The notes: a model not told the origin generated them from the sequence alone. Counted from the first letter of the whole stretch, positions 1 through 12,236 are shown. The stretch: 63,849 nucleotides of DNA, filler included, from Octopus bimaculoides (GCF_001194135.2; 10 parts of 10 records of this genome joined end to end with filler, not necessarily neighbours in it), one strand, 5' to 3'. Numbers and translations: made by a program.

Positions 1-268
1 TATATATATATATATATATATATCGAAATAAAGAGAGATTATTACGAGTTTTGTAACCCAGGCGAAATATTTCTTAAGCTCTCGATAGATAAAAATGCAC
101 CAGGCTTATACAAATGTCTCGTGATCCGTCTTGTACTCCCAGTAATCCAAATCAAAGTCCATCACCACTGGAGTTTATAAATCCATAGTCTCAAAATACA
201 GTTTATTTGGTATGTTTTTACAGATCGATCTATAAAATAAACAGAAATAATGAGTTATATACATATAT

Positions 269-307
<39 letters not shown>

Positions 308-324
308 TTATACTTTCAGCTGAT

Positions 325-525
325 TCAGATATGTGTTTGGGTGCGTTCATGGTTTCATCTCATCAATCAATCGATTAAGCGACTGAAAATATAGTGAACA
401 AACAGCCCAAGTGTATCTTCCTCGGAACCGAGATAAATTCGGGCTGCTGGTTTCCCAATATTTTCAGTCTTTCAATCCATTGATTGATAAGAGTGAGCCA
501 TGAACACACCTAAATGCATATCTGA
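325..525. mobile_element. Foldback/MITE-like element with ~68-bp imperfect terminal inverted repeats
   Basis: 325-392 (tcagatatgtgtttgggtgcgttcatgg...gactgaaaatat) is the imperfect reverse complement of 458-525 (atattttcagtc...catatctga); the 65-bp spacer has further complementarity (cagccc/gggctg). Confidence 0.7.
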
Positions 526-803
526 AACACTTGTAAGCCTGTAATAAATAATTAAATGCATATAATCAATTATTCATGTCTATGTGTATTTGTGTGAGTC
601 TGTGTGAGTATGTGTTCGTTAGCGACAGAAGCATTATTAGTTCAAAATAGCAATCTGTGTACTATACTTAAGAAGGGTAAAGTGTTAAAACCCTTATAAA
701 CTGAGGCATTCGTTTGGCGAGAGCATTTCTTATAGATCCATTCGTGTTAGAAAGCAAAGAAATATAGGAGACGAAAATCATTCAGCAATGATGGTGACAT
801 TGC

Positions 804-888
804 TGAATATGTATCTTTGCTGCTTTGGACTTCGTCAAAAGCTAATATCCACTGGCATCTGCATCTGAGTATAAAAATAGTAATGATA
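804..888 (-). repeat. 85-bp dispersed repeat, copy 1 (decayed hammerhead-bearing fragment)
   Basis: 79/85 identical to 3711-3795; minus strand reads TTGACGAAGTCC-AAAGC-AGCAAAGATACATATTC, a decayed hammerhead core. Confidence 0.65.
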
Positions 889-1136
889 GGATTATTTCTG
901 TTTGCACAAACCCATGATCGATGTTGCTCCCGTCCGTAACCAACCCACGTATCTGTTGCTATAAAATGTTGCCCCTTACAAATGTGTTATTCAAAATATC
1001 TGTCATTTTTAAAGAAGCTAGGGTATAGTTCGAATGATATTTCGATGCGATTTCTAACAAGTCGAAAGACCATGCAAAGTCCCTCTCCCAGCATTGATTC
1101 GTTGTTCTTTTATTTTATATTTTTATTCGTTTATAT

Positions 1137-1836
1137 ACTCTTTTACTTGTTTCAGTCATTTGACGGCGGCCATGCTGGAGCACCACCTTTAGTCGAGCAA
1201 ATCGACCCCAGGACTTATTCTTTGTAAGCCTAATACTTATTCTATCGGTTATTTTGCCGAACCGCTAAATTACGGGGGCGTAAACACCTGCATCGGTTGT
1301 CAAGCGATGTTGGAGGAACAAACACAGACACACAAACATACACACACACACACACTCACACACACACACNNNNNNNNNNNNNNNNNNNNNNNNNNNNNNN
1401 NNNNNNNNNNNNNNNNNNNNNNNNNNNNNNNNNNNNNNNNNNNNNNNNNNNNNNNNNNNNNNNNNNNNNNNNNNNNNNNNNNNNNNNNNNNNNNNNNNNN
1501 NNNNNNNNNNNNNNNNNNNNNNNNNNNNNNNNNNNNNNNNNNNNNNNNNNNNNNNNNNNNNNNNNNNNNNNNNNNNNNNNNNNNNNNNNNNNNNNNNNNN
1601 NNNNNNNNNNNNNNNNNNNNNNNNNNNNNNNNNNNNNNNNNNNNNNNNNNNNNNATATATATATATATATATACGACGGGCTTCTTTCAGTTTCCGTCTA
1701 CCAAATCTACTTACAAGGCTTTGGTCGGCCCGAGGCTATAGTAGAAGACACTTGCCCAAGGTACCATGCCGTGGGACTGAACTCGGAACCATGTGGTTTG
1801 TAAGCAAGCTACTTACCACACAGCCACTCCTACGCC
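1137..1836 (-). mobile_element. tRNA-derived composite SINE, family A (head, (TA)n/(TG)n linker, tail)
   Basis: Minus strand: aggcgtaggagtggctgtgtgg (A-box-like), gagttcagtccc (B-box-like), ccttgggcaagtgtctt, microsatellite/gap, tail ending aatgactgaaacaagtaaaagag; many homologues in the window. Confidence 0.9.
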
Positions 1837-1875
1837 TATGTATATATATTGATGCTGTTGCGGAAAATGCTGTCG

Positions 1876-1877
1876 CA

Positions 1878-1917
<40 letters not shown>

Positions 1918-1960
1918 ATAATAATAATAATAATAATAATACCACAGTTACTACTACGAC
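1876..1960. repeat. (ACT)n(AAT)n compound microsatellite
   Basis: Direct trinucleotide runs. Confidence 0.95.
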
Positions 1961-2222
1961 TGTTGCTGCTAAGAGCCCTGTGATGTGCATGAATTTGTTT
2001 CTGGGAAATTTTGATTCCCCAGTGATGATAACAGTGGAGACAGTTGGTGTAGATAAGGATCAAAGGTGATAATAAAAGGGGAGTTCATTTCATATTGGTA
2101 TTCTTTATTGAATTGACTTTTAAGGACTACATAATTAGGTTTCCCTAGTTTTATACGGGAGAGGGGATATACGTCTTTCGCTGTTGTTTTATCTACTTTA
2201 AATATATGTATATGTATATGTA

Positions 2223-2265
<43 letters not shown>

Positions 2266-3550
2266 NNNNNNNNNNNNNNNNNNNNNNNNNNNNNNNNNNN
2301 NNNNNNNNNNNNNNNNNNNNNNNNNNNNNNNNNNNNNNNNNNNNNNNNNNNNNNNNNNNNNNNNNNNNNNNNNNNNNNNNNNNNNNNNNNNNNNNNNNNN
2401 NNNNNNNNNNNNNNNNNNNNNNNNNNNNNNNNNNNNNNNNNNNNNNNNNNNNNNNNNNNNNNNNNNNNNNNNNNNNNNNNNNNNNNNNNNNNNNNNNNNN
2501 NNNNNNNNNNNNNNNNNNNNNNNNNNNNNNNNNNNNNNNNNNNNNNNNNNNNNNNNNNNNNNNNNNNNNNNNNNNNNNNNNNNNNNNNNNNNNNNNNNNN
2601 NNNNNNNNNNNNNNNNNNNNNNNNNNNNNNNNNNNNNNNNNNNNNNNNNNNNNNNNNNNNNNNNNNNNNNNNNNNNNNNNNNNNNNNNNNNNNNNNNNNN
2701 NNNNNNNNNNNNNNNNNNNNNNNNNNNNNNNNNNNNNNNNNNNNNNNNNNNNNNNNNNNNNNNNNNNNNNNNNNNNNNNNNNNNNNNNNNNNNNNNNNNN
2801 NNNNNNNNNNNNNNNNNNNNNNNNNNNNNNNNNNNNNNNNNNNNNNNNNNNNNNNNNNNNNNNNNNNNNNTATATATATATATATATTAGTGTATCAGTG
2901 CCTGTGTATATTAACATTATTTCTCTTATATCTCGGAGCATTGGTGTAAATCCAATCAATAATGTATGTGTTATATGTGTGTATGTCTCTCTCTCTCTCT
3001 ATATATATATATATGTCCATGTATATAAGCATGTATGTATGTATGTATGTATGTATGTATGTATAGGAATGTGTACTTTCTATAAATAATTAGTCACCAG
3101 TGTATCTATTTGTAAGTGCTTGTGTATACGAGCATTTTGCTAGTCTATACCTATCAATCGATTTGTCAGTCTATCATTAGTATCATCAAAATCCATTATT
3201 CAAACCCTACATCAGATAACCAACCATTGTATTTATTACACACTACTGACCTTTGAAGAATTTTTTTTGCCTTCGATTAGAATATATAATGACAGGTGCA
3301 AAACCTTATTAACCCTAAACCTGTCCCATTTAGTTTCAAAGGTTCAAAGAATCATTGGTATTTATTAGCATAGTCTGTGAGTTGAAAATGTATACTTCGC
3401 TTGTTAAAATCCCTTCCACTTTATAAGTTTACTTATGGCTATATGTAAGGGGCTCACTGTATGTGTGTCGCACATAAAAGTGTGTAAGTATGATAGATGT
3501 ATGTACACACGCACACATACACAAACATATACTGATAAATATAAATCTAT

Positions 3551-3836
3551 GTCGTGGCTCTGTGGTAAGAAGTTCGCTTCCCAACCACATGGTTCCGGGT
3601 TCAGTCCCACTGCGTGGAACCTTTAGCGAGTGTCTTCTACTATAGCCTCGGGCCGACCAAAGCCTTGTGAGTGGAATTGGCAGACGGAAACTGAAAGAAG
3701 CTCATGTGTGTGAATACGTATTTTTGCCGCTTTGGGCTTCGTCAGAAGCTAATATCCACTGGCATCTGCATCTGAGTATAAAAACAGTAATGATATTAAT
3801 GTGTGTTTGTGTGTATTTGTGCGTGTTTGTGTATGT

Positions 3837-3868
<32 letters not shown>

Positions 3869-4113
3869 TTGTCCCCCCCAACATCACTTGACAACCGATG
3901 CTGCTGNNNNNNNNNNTGTGTGTGTGTGTGTGTGTTTGTCCCCCCCAACATCACTTGACAACCGATGCTGCTGTGTTTACGTCCCCGTAACGTAGCGGTT
4001 CGGCAAAAACGACTGATAGAATAAGTACTAGGCTAACAAAGAATAAGTCCTGGGGTCGATTTGTTCGACTAAAGGCTGTGCTTCAGCATCGCCGCAGTTA
4101 ATAAGTAAGAAAA
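3551..4113 (+). mobile_element. SINE family A copy with an 85-bp insertion in its linker
   Basis: Head gtggctctgtggtaag...gggttcagtccc, linker (TG)n, tail gaataagtcctggggtcgatttgttcgactaaagg. Confidence 0.9.
3711..3795 (-). repeat. 85-bp dispersed repeat, copy 2 (hammerhead relic)
   Basis: Minus strand CTGACGA-A-GCC-caaagc-GGC-AAAA-ATACGTATT-C; homologous to 804-888. Confidence 0.65.
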
Positions 4114-4186
4114 TATATATACATACATATACATATACATATACATACATATACATACATATATACATACATATACATACATATAC

Positions 4187-4217
<31 letters not shown>

Positions 4218-4226
4218 CATATATAC

Positions 4227-4265
<39 letters not shown>

Positions 4266-5364
4266 TATATACATGCGTACGAGTGTGTTTAAGTGGATGA
4301 GTGTGTGTCCGTGCACTTGCATAGGTTCCATGTTGGTGGAGTCTAAGTTCAAATCGTGCCGAATCCAACATGGCTTTTCATCTATTTGAGGTCGATAAAG
4401 AAAGTATCTGTCTTTTGCTGGATCTATCCTTCTCTTTCTTTCACTCTTTCTGCTTATTTATCTTTCTCTTTTGTAGTCGGACACTGAGAACGGTCTCTGC
4501 CAGTTTTGAAATGTGCCCATAACACACTGTATCTCGACGGCGCAACTAAGTTTCTATCAAAGAATTGAGGGTCCATGTCTAAGCACGTATGTATGTATGA
4601 TTTTTCTTTGAGTTTTATTAAGTTTTTCTTGAGAGTTTTATTAAGTTTTTCTTGTTAGCCGGTCGCTAACAAATCGACTAGACATTTTCAGCTAAGAAAG
4701 TTCCCAGTTTTTATAAATAAGTGGGTTGAGTTTGCGTGTTGGATGAACTGTCGATGCATACGCCCAAAAGTGTGCATCGATTCACATGAGAATCTCAGAT
4801 AGAAAATTTTTGGTATGTTTTACGAATCTTCACTGTGTCACTAGTCGATTGTATGCATGTATGTATGTATGTATGTATGTATGTATGTAGGTAGGTAGGT
4901 AGGTAGGTAGGTAGGTAGGTAGGTAGGTATGGAGATAGGCAGGAAGGCAGGCAAGCATTTCGATAGAAATACATACGTATGAAGCTTTTTACTGATATGA
5001 ATACATTGAAGATGTTAATATCCATTTGTCCTGTCCCAAATTATGATCTCAGTAGTCGTGCTTCATTTGCATTTTAGATATCGTCTGTCGGTATAAGAAA
5101 ATATCCAAAATTTGTCACCATATTTTTTGGTCGCTCTATTTGTGTTCACAATACTTTCATGAGATATGCATCCATCAATAACTATGTTGTTGCAGCGTTT
5201 ATCGTGAGGAACAAGACAGGTAGAGGGACTATTGGCAGAAAAATATTCGATGTGGGAGGCACCTTTTCACGTTTTAAGCTAAAATGTATGAATAATTCAT
5301 GCATCTACGTTTTTGCATCTTCTGTAAAAGCTGTTCTTAACTGCAGCTGTTTCTCAACATTATT

Positions 5365-5864
5365 CTCTTTACTCTTACTCTTTTACTTGTTTCAGTCATT
5401 TGACTTTGGCCATGCTGGAGCACCGCCTTTAGTCGAGCAAATCTACACCCAGGACTTATTCTTTGGAAGCCTAGTACTTATTCTATCAGTCTCTTTAGCC
5501 AAACCGCTAGGTTACGGGGGCGTAAACACACCAGCATCGGTTGTCAAGCGATGTTGGGGGGGGACAAACACAGACACACAAACACACACANNNNNNNNNN
5601 NNNNNNNNNNNNNNNNNNNNNNNNNNNNNNNNNNNNNNNNNNNNNNNNNNNNNNNNNNNNNNNNNNNNNNNNNNNNNNNNNATATATATATATATATATA
5701 TACATATATACGACGGGCTTCTTTCAGTTTCCGTCTACCAAATCCACTCACAAGGCTTTGGTCGGCCCGAGGCTATAGTAGAAGACACTTGCCCAAGGTG
5801 CCACGCAATGGAACTGAACCCGGTTGGTAAGCAAGCTACTTACCACACAACCACTCCTGCGCCT
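5365..5864 (-). mobile_element. SINE family A copy
   Basis: Near-complete homology to 1137-1836, including the internal microsatellite/gap. Confidence 0.9.
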
Positions 5865-5962
5865 ATTACAAACATTACATATATTTCCAGTACATATCTT
5901 TGCATTGGCAAAAAAGAAATTATGAATCATTTATGTGTTTTTATTGCTGTTGTATAGACCAA

Positions 5963-6162
5963 TACGAGGGGTGAAAAAAAGAAAATACTGGAGGATCAGT
6001 TAATTATGATTTCATTCAACATATTCTCCTCTTAGATTCATACACTTATTGCAGCGGTCCTTCAGTTTTTGTAAACCCTGTAAAAGAACTCGGTAGGTCG
6101 GACCTCCAACCAGACCTTTCGCAACACCCTTAAAACCAGGCACTTTTCAGCACCTCCTCGTT
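5963..6162 (-). mobile_element. Mariner-derived MITE (~200 bp)
   Basis: tacgagggg-type end, partner end cttttcagcacctcctcgt; minus strand retains KLKDRCNKCMNLRGEYVE*, resembling a mariner transposase C-terminus; homologous to 32117-32344. Confidence 0.75.
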
Positions 6163-6544
6163 TATACACTTAGTTTTCTAAAACAAATGAGTGTGTTCTG
6201 TGCGAAAGCAAATGGAAATATAGATAGATTGTTCGTTTTGAACCAAGGTAAATCATCAGAAGCAATGGTTGTGCTTCCTATTACAAGAGATATGGGTGGG
6301 TGACTACGATTTCCTAAACCTTCCGAATGCATCAATATGAACAAGTATTTTTGCAGAAAGGAAAAGGTTCCAGATTTTCATGGATGGGAAAAGTTCTATA
6401 TTTTCTAAATGGATGTTATTATTATCAGCACCAATAACAAATAAGTTCAGCAAGTAAATTTAGCTTTCTACAAACTTTTACAATATTCATACCAATGTTT
6501 GCGTCTGTAGAACGCTGAAATATCCACCCAATATTAAGTCCGGG

Positions 6545-6930
6545 TCCTTGCACGACGGGTAAAATGCTTAACGATATTTCGTCCGTTGTTACGTTCTGAA
6601 TTCAAATTCTGTCGACTTTAACTTTCACCCTTTTGAGGTCGATAAAGCACTGGAATCGATGTAAAAGCGACATCCTCCCTACACTGAACTTCCTGACCTT
6701 ATGCCACGATTTGAAAGTAATACTAAATCTGGTTCCTTGCAGGCCGGGCAAAATTCTTAGCGGTATTTCGTTCGTCCTTACGTTCCGAGTTCAAAATCTG
6801 CCGGGGTTTCACTTTACGTTTCATTCTTTGGCAATCCATAGAATAAGTACCAGTGGTACACTGGGGTGGATGCAATCGACTAAACTCTTCCCTCGAAATT
6901 GCTGGCTTTGTGTTAAAATTTGAAAACAAT
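6545..6930 (+). mobile_element. Two tandem degenerate SINE family B copies
   Basis: Both contain gttc(t/c)gagttcaaa...gtcgat...gtacc...ggggt.gat like the intact copy at 30244-30460. Confidence 0.7.
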
Positions 6931-7095
6931 ATTCAATCCGATTCCTTTCCCTGTAAATTTTTCATAGCCTTTATGAATGCCTCGAAGTTTATGTATGCAT
7001 TCACGAAGAGATATGGCATGTAAGAGGTATATGTACGTGCGTGTATGCATGCGTGAAAGTATGTATGCATGTATATATACATGTATATAAATATG

Positions 7096-7141
<46 letters not shown>

Positions 7142-7719
7142 CACACATACATACATCTCAGACTTTAATATGCCAATCGGCGTGTGTGCGNNNNNNNNNN
7201 NNNNNNNNNNNNNNNNNNNNNNNNNNNNNNNNNNNNNNNNNNNNNNNNNNNNNNNNNNNNNNNNNNNNNNNNNNNNNNNNNNNNNNNNNNNNNNNNNNNN
7301 NNNNNNNNNNNNNNNNNNNNNNNNNNNNNNNNNNNNNNNNNNNNNNNNNNNNNNNNNNNNNNNNNNNNNNNNNNNNNNNNNNNNNNNNNNNNNNNNNNNN
7401 NNNNNNNNNNNNNNNNNNNNNNNNNNNNNNNNNNNNNNNNNNNNNNNNNNNNNNNNNNNNNNNNNNNNNNNNNNNNNNNNNNNNNNNNNNNNNNNNNNNN
7501 NNNNNNNNNNNNNNNNNNNNNNNNNNNNNNNNNNNNNNNNNNNNNNNNNNNNNNNNNNNNNNNNNNNNNNNNNNNNNNNNNNNNNNNNNNNNNNNNNNNN
7601 NNNNNNNNNNNNNNNNNNNNNNNNNNNNNNNNNNNNNNNNNNNNNNNNNNNNNNNNNNNNNNNNNNNNNNNNNNNNNNNNNNNNNNNNNNNNNNNNNNNN
7701 NNNNNTATATATATATATT

Positions 7720-7803
<84 letters not shown>

Positions 7804-8043
7804 TGTATTTAGGTAGGTAGGTATACGTCTCTGTGTATTTGTGTATGCGTATGTATTCTGATATATTCACGTACAATTGCTTCTATGTTCATGTATAGTA
7901 TATGTATGTGTGCATATATATACGTATGTGCGTAGATAAATATATGCGTGCGGATATGTGTGCACATATATATGCACGTATATATAAGTAAATACATATA
8001 TAAATATATATACATATGTATATATATATATATATATATATAT

Positions 8044-8143
8044 NNNNNNNNNNNNNNNNNNNNNNNNNNNNNNNNNNNNNNNNNNNNTTAATTAATTAAN
8101 NNNNNNNNNNNNNNNNNNNNNNNNNNNNNNNNNNNNNNNNNNN
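8044..8143. other. Artificial scaffolding linker
   Basis: 44 N + TTAATTAATTAA + 44 N; the 12-mer is palindromic and carries stops in all six frames. Confidence 0.95.
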
Positions 8144-8591
8144 CCACACACACACTCCCTCCTACGCCCATTTCCTCCCACCACCACCACTGCGATGACA
8201 ATGACAACTAAGACATGGCAGTGATTCCAGCCTTGGCAACCACTAGTTACCATAGCAACAGATAAAGCAGCAGTGACGAGACCAGCAGCAACAACACCCA
8301 GTCAGTGTGTCTGTGTGTCTGTATGTCTGTATCTGTGTGTTCGTGTACTTGTCTGTGTGCGTGTGTGTGTGTGTGCGTGTGTGCGCATATAACTGTCTGT
8401 GTGTTCTGGCTCTGCTGTGTAAAGATGAAGAGGAAGGGTGGAATGCAAAGACAGAAGGGGATGCTGTTACAACAACAACAACAGCAATTATGATGTCATC
8501 GAACCATCGAGAAAACTTCTCTTATGTGGTCATTCAATTTGGTAGAAATAACAGCCACAGCACATTCACAAATCTCACAAGGAAAAACTCT

Positions 8592-8903
8592 TTGGATAAT
8601 GTAGTCCTAGATACACTATGACTGGACAAAAGACAGGGTGGTCAGAGATGGGACGTCTTTCATCATGGGTCTATCTGGATCAGAACTGACTTGAGACTAA
8701 CACTAACTATTATACTAAACATTAGATAATGTAGTCCTAGATACACTATGACAGAATAAATGATAGGATGGTTACAGAGGGGACATCTTTGATCCTAAGN
8801 NNNNNNNNNAACTATTATACTAAACATTAGATAATGTAGTCCTAGATACACTATGACAGAATAAATGATAGGATGGTTACAGAGGGGACATCTTTGATCC
8901 TAA
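8592..8903. repeat. ~130-bp tandem duplication plus a gap-flanking artefactual copy
   Basis: gataatgtagtcctagatacactatgac occurs three times; the last two copies are identical across a 10-N gap. Confidence 0.7.
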
Positions 8904-10371
8904 GTCTGTCTGACTCAGGACAGACCTGGAGCAAAACCCCTTTCGTCACCATCAGATTGCACTGAGAAAGTTCCCCTCCGAGGCACAAGTCCGGGCAAGG
9001 TTGTTTATGGAAGACCAGCACTCACCCGTGCATACCAGCCTCCCCATCTCTTTGCCACTGATGTTATCCAAGGAAAAANNNNNNNNNNNNNNNNNNNNNN
9101 NNNNNNNNNNNNNNNNNNNNNNNNNNNNNNNNNNNNNNNNNNNNNNNNNNNNNNNNNNNNNNNNNNNNNNNNNNNNNNNNNNNNNNNNNNNNNNNNNNNN
9201 NNNNNNNNNNNNNNNNNNNNNNNNNNNNNNNNNNNNNNNNNNNNNNNNNNNNNNNNNNNNNNNNNNNNNNNNNNNNNNNNNNNNNNNNNNNNNNNNNNNN
9301 NNNNNNNNNNNNNNNNNNNNNNNNNNNNNNNNNNNNNNNNNNNNNNNNNNNNNNNNNNNNNNNNNNNNNNNNNNNNNNNNNNNNNNNNNNNNNNNNNNNN
9401 NNNNNNNNNNNNNNNNNNNNNNNNNNNNNNNNNNNNNNNNNNNNNNNNNNNNNNNNNNNNNNNNNNNNNNNNNNNNNNNNNNNNNNNNNNNNNNNNNNNN
9501 NNNNNNNNNNNNNNNNNNNNNNNNNNNNNNNNNNNNNNNNNNNNNNNNNNNNNNNNNNNNNNNNNNNNNNNNNNNNNNNNNNNNNNNNNNNNNNNNNNNN
9601 NNNNNNNNNNNNNNNNNNNNNNNNNNNNNNNNNNNNNNNNNNNNNNNNNNNNNNNNNNNNNNNNNNNNNNNNNNNNNNNNNNNNNNNNNNNNNNNAGCAG
9701 TTTGCCAAACGCAACCAATTAAATATGTAACAGGCTTTAGAAAAGAAGCAGTGGAGTCGATTGATGCAACTAAAACACAATTTCATCAAGATGGTGCCCC
9801 AGTATGGCCGTAGTCAAGTGAGTGAAACCGAAAACAGTGCAGCAGCATTAATGCCATCCCTGCATCACTAAGTGTGCAGCATGGATGGATACAGGAGAGT
9901 GCATGGTGTGCAAACTGCAACACTGCACCACATACGACCCATCCTTGCATCAGTGTCTGCAGGTGTCCAGAAATAGACTGGTCAGTCGGTCAATGGAGGA
10001 AGCTGCAATGTGTCCAGACAATTGGCTGCAACACCATGAATCGTTACTGCATCTTGGATGCAGTGTGGCTTCTGCAGAAGCACTGATGCAGTTGAGAGAG
10101 TGCAACGCACCGGGAACAAGTCATCGCTGCATTGCCAGGTGTGCAGTATGGTCCTTGGTTAGGGGCAAGCAGGGTGTAGCTGCGTGGGGGGGGGGAAGAG
10201 ACCTCTGACTCGTGCCCCAGTTATTTTGGCATGATTTGTGCCCCCACAAAAGGGGTTAAACAGCAGCAATAACAACAACAGTCAAATGTGAACTAGGGAA
10301 CACACTGGGATGTTACCAGATATTGATTTCTATACATAAATGTGGGGGGGGGAGGTGCGTGCGTGCATACG

Positions 10372-10417
<46 letters not shown>

Positions 10418-10556
10418 TATATATTACATAGATATATAGATGTATATATACATATATGTTCACACACACACGTATATAGATGCATATATATATATATATA
10501 TATATATGCATGTGTATGCGTGTATAGACATGCATACATGAGTGTGTGTGCATGTG

Positions 10557-10588
<32 letters not shown>

Positions 10589-10687
10589 GATAAATGTGTA
10601 CAGATATGTGTGTCTGTGTGTATACATATGTATATATACACATATATATATAGATGAATGTGTACAGATATGTATATATATATGTGC

Positions 10688-10722
<35 letters not shown>

Positions 10723-10822
10723 NNNNNNNNNNNNNNNNNNNNNNNNNNNNNNNNNNNNNNNNNNNNTTAATTAATTAANNNNNNNNNNNNNNNNNNNNNN
10801 NNNNNNNNNNNNNNNNNNNNNN
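10723..10822. other. Artificial scaffolding linker
   Basis: 44 N + TTAATTAATTAA + 44 N. Confidence 0.95.
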
Positions 10823-10899
10823 ACCAAACTTTCATTCACAAATCCCTTTATTATTTCATTCTTTGGCATTTCAATTTGTACATTTGTACCCATAAATTT

Positions 10900-11290
10900 T
10901 CAACAACTGCACGCCAGAAGAAATGGAAAAACGACTGTCTTACATTAAATGAAAAAGTTCTTAATATTATACCAGAGGCGCTTAAAACGTACTTAAGCAT
11001 AGAGTCAGTGTCCTACAATAATGAAGACGAGGTCCAGAATTATCCATCCGGTATGCCTCCTCATCGCCTCAGCTTAAAAGTAGGGGCTATTGTAATGCTG
11101 CTAAGAAATCTTTCGATCAGTCAAGGATTATGTAATGGAACTCGCATGTAAGTGCAAAGACTTCATGAACATTGTGTAGAGGCATCATTGGTAACAGGCT
11201 CCAACAGAGGTCGTACAGTTCTAATTCACAGAATTAAACTTAGCCCAAGTGATGCAATCATTCCATTCATACTATATACACATTCAATTG
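10900..11290 (+). pseudogene. Helitron PIF1-like helicase fragment
   Basis: Translates as SGMPPHRLSLKVGAIVMLLRNLSISQGLCNGTRM*VQRLHEHCVEASLVTGSNRGRTVLIHRIKLSPSD, the typical Helitron/PIF1 helicase segment, with an in-frame stop. Confidence 0.9.
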
Positions 11291-11464
11291 GGATAACAGA
11301 CAAGGCCAAAAACGTGGTGTGACATACACGCAAAATATTGTCTACCAATATTTTGTCTACCAAAATATTGTCTACCGTTTATGTTTGTGTAACAGATATT
11401 TTGGTTGGATTATATAGTCATTGGTGTTACATTACTTTCTATATTCTGTAACTGTCACAATATA

Positions 11465-11602
11465 CTTTTCTAGACCTGAAATTTTTGTGGGAAGGGGACC
11501 AGTTGATTAGATCGACTCCAGTACACAACTGGTACTTAATTTATCGACCCCGAAAGGCCGAAAAGTAAAGTCGACCTCAGCAGAATTTGAACTCAGAACG
11601 TA
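11465..11602 (-). mobile_element. SINE family B, 5'-truncated
   Basis: gattagatcgactccagtacacaactggtacttaatttatcgacccc...gaatttgaactcagaacgta. Confidence 0.85.
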
Positions 11603-11603
11603 C

Positions 11604-12236
11604 TGAGGGTGAGAGATAGTTTGGATGCTCTTCTCTGTCAAATAGTTGGTTACCAGGATGCTCATCACTGAGAACCCTGGGAACAAACTTGTACAAATTT
11701 TGCATATGCTCAGACTTTCTTGAATAATTCTGTGTACAGTTGCCACACCAACTCCAGACTGTATGCTTATTATATTTATAAACACACGACGGTCTTCATA
11801 AGGAAAATTACGAATTTTCTTTACCAGCTCTGATATTCTACTGTTCCTCTGTCCCTCGCGCCATCCATCATCTTTCATCTCCTCTCTACCGTCCTTGAAC
11901 TTCTTGCGCCAGCGAAAAACAGATGCTCGGTTTAAGCAAGTTAATCCATAAGTAGTCTGGAATATTTTATAAGTTTCTCTAGCGTTTTTGCCCAGCTTAG
12001 TATTACACTTTATTGCATAGCGAGCTACCAAACGTCCCGGGTGCATTCTATTACACAAACAAGTCTGTTGTGTGAAGCAGTGTTTGTTACAACCGTCTCC
12101 CTCAATCTGGAATAATAAAAAAAAAAAGTTGGCAAGTCAAATTATTAGATATGATATACTAAAATTGCAATAATGTAGGACAGTCATAACTGCTTCTCCT
12201 TAAAAAAATCTCAAAACTTCTGAAATGCACCGAGTA
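11604..12236 (-). mobile_element. Internally deleted mariner transposon remnant
   Basis: ORF 11507-12058 has the mariner N-terminal HTH (RYAIK...LGKNARETY...SVFRWRKKFKDGRE...VATVHRII) fused to a late segment (TNYLTEKSIQTISHP). Confidence 0.85.

Noticed and set aside
3868-3966. Perfect direct duplication around a 10-N gap (also 8706-8903 and ~61370-61610)
   Set aside because: Identical sequence either side of a minimal gap indicates unmerged contig overlap.
6165-6460. Segment giving FSWMGKVLYFLNGCYY (hemopexin-like), DFHGWEKFYIF (SULT-like) and LPITRDMGG (L1-like) in different frames
   Set aside because: Three incompatible weak resemblances with stops in every frame; it needs a TBLASTX search to decide.
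8592-8903. CRISPR-like repeat spacing
   Set aside because: Eukaryotic context, the inter-repeat sequences are homologous rather than unique spacers, one copy is an artefact, and there are no cas genes.
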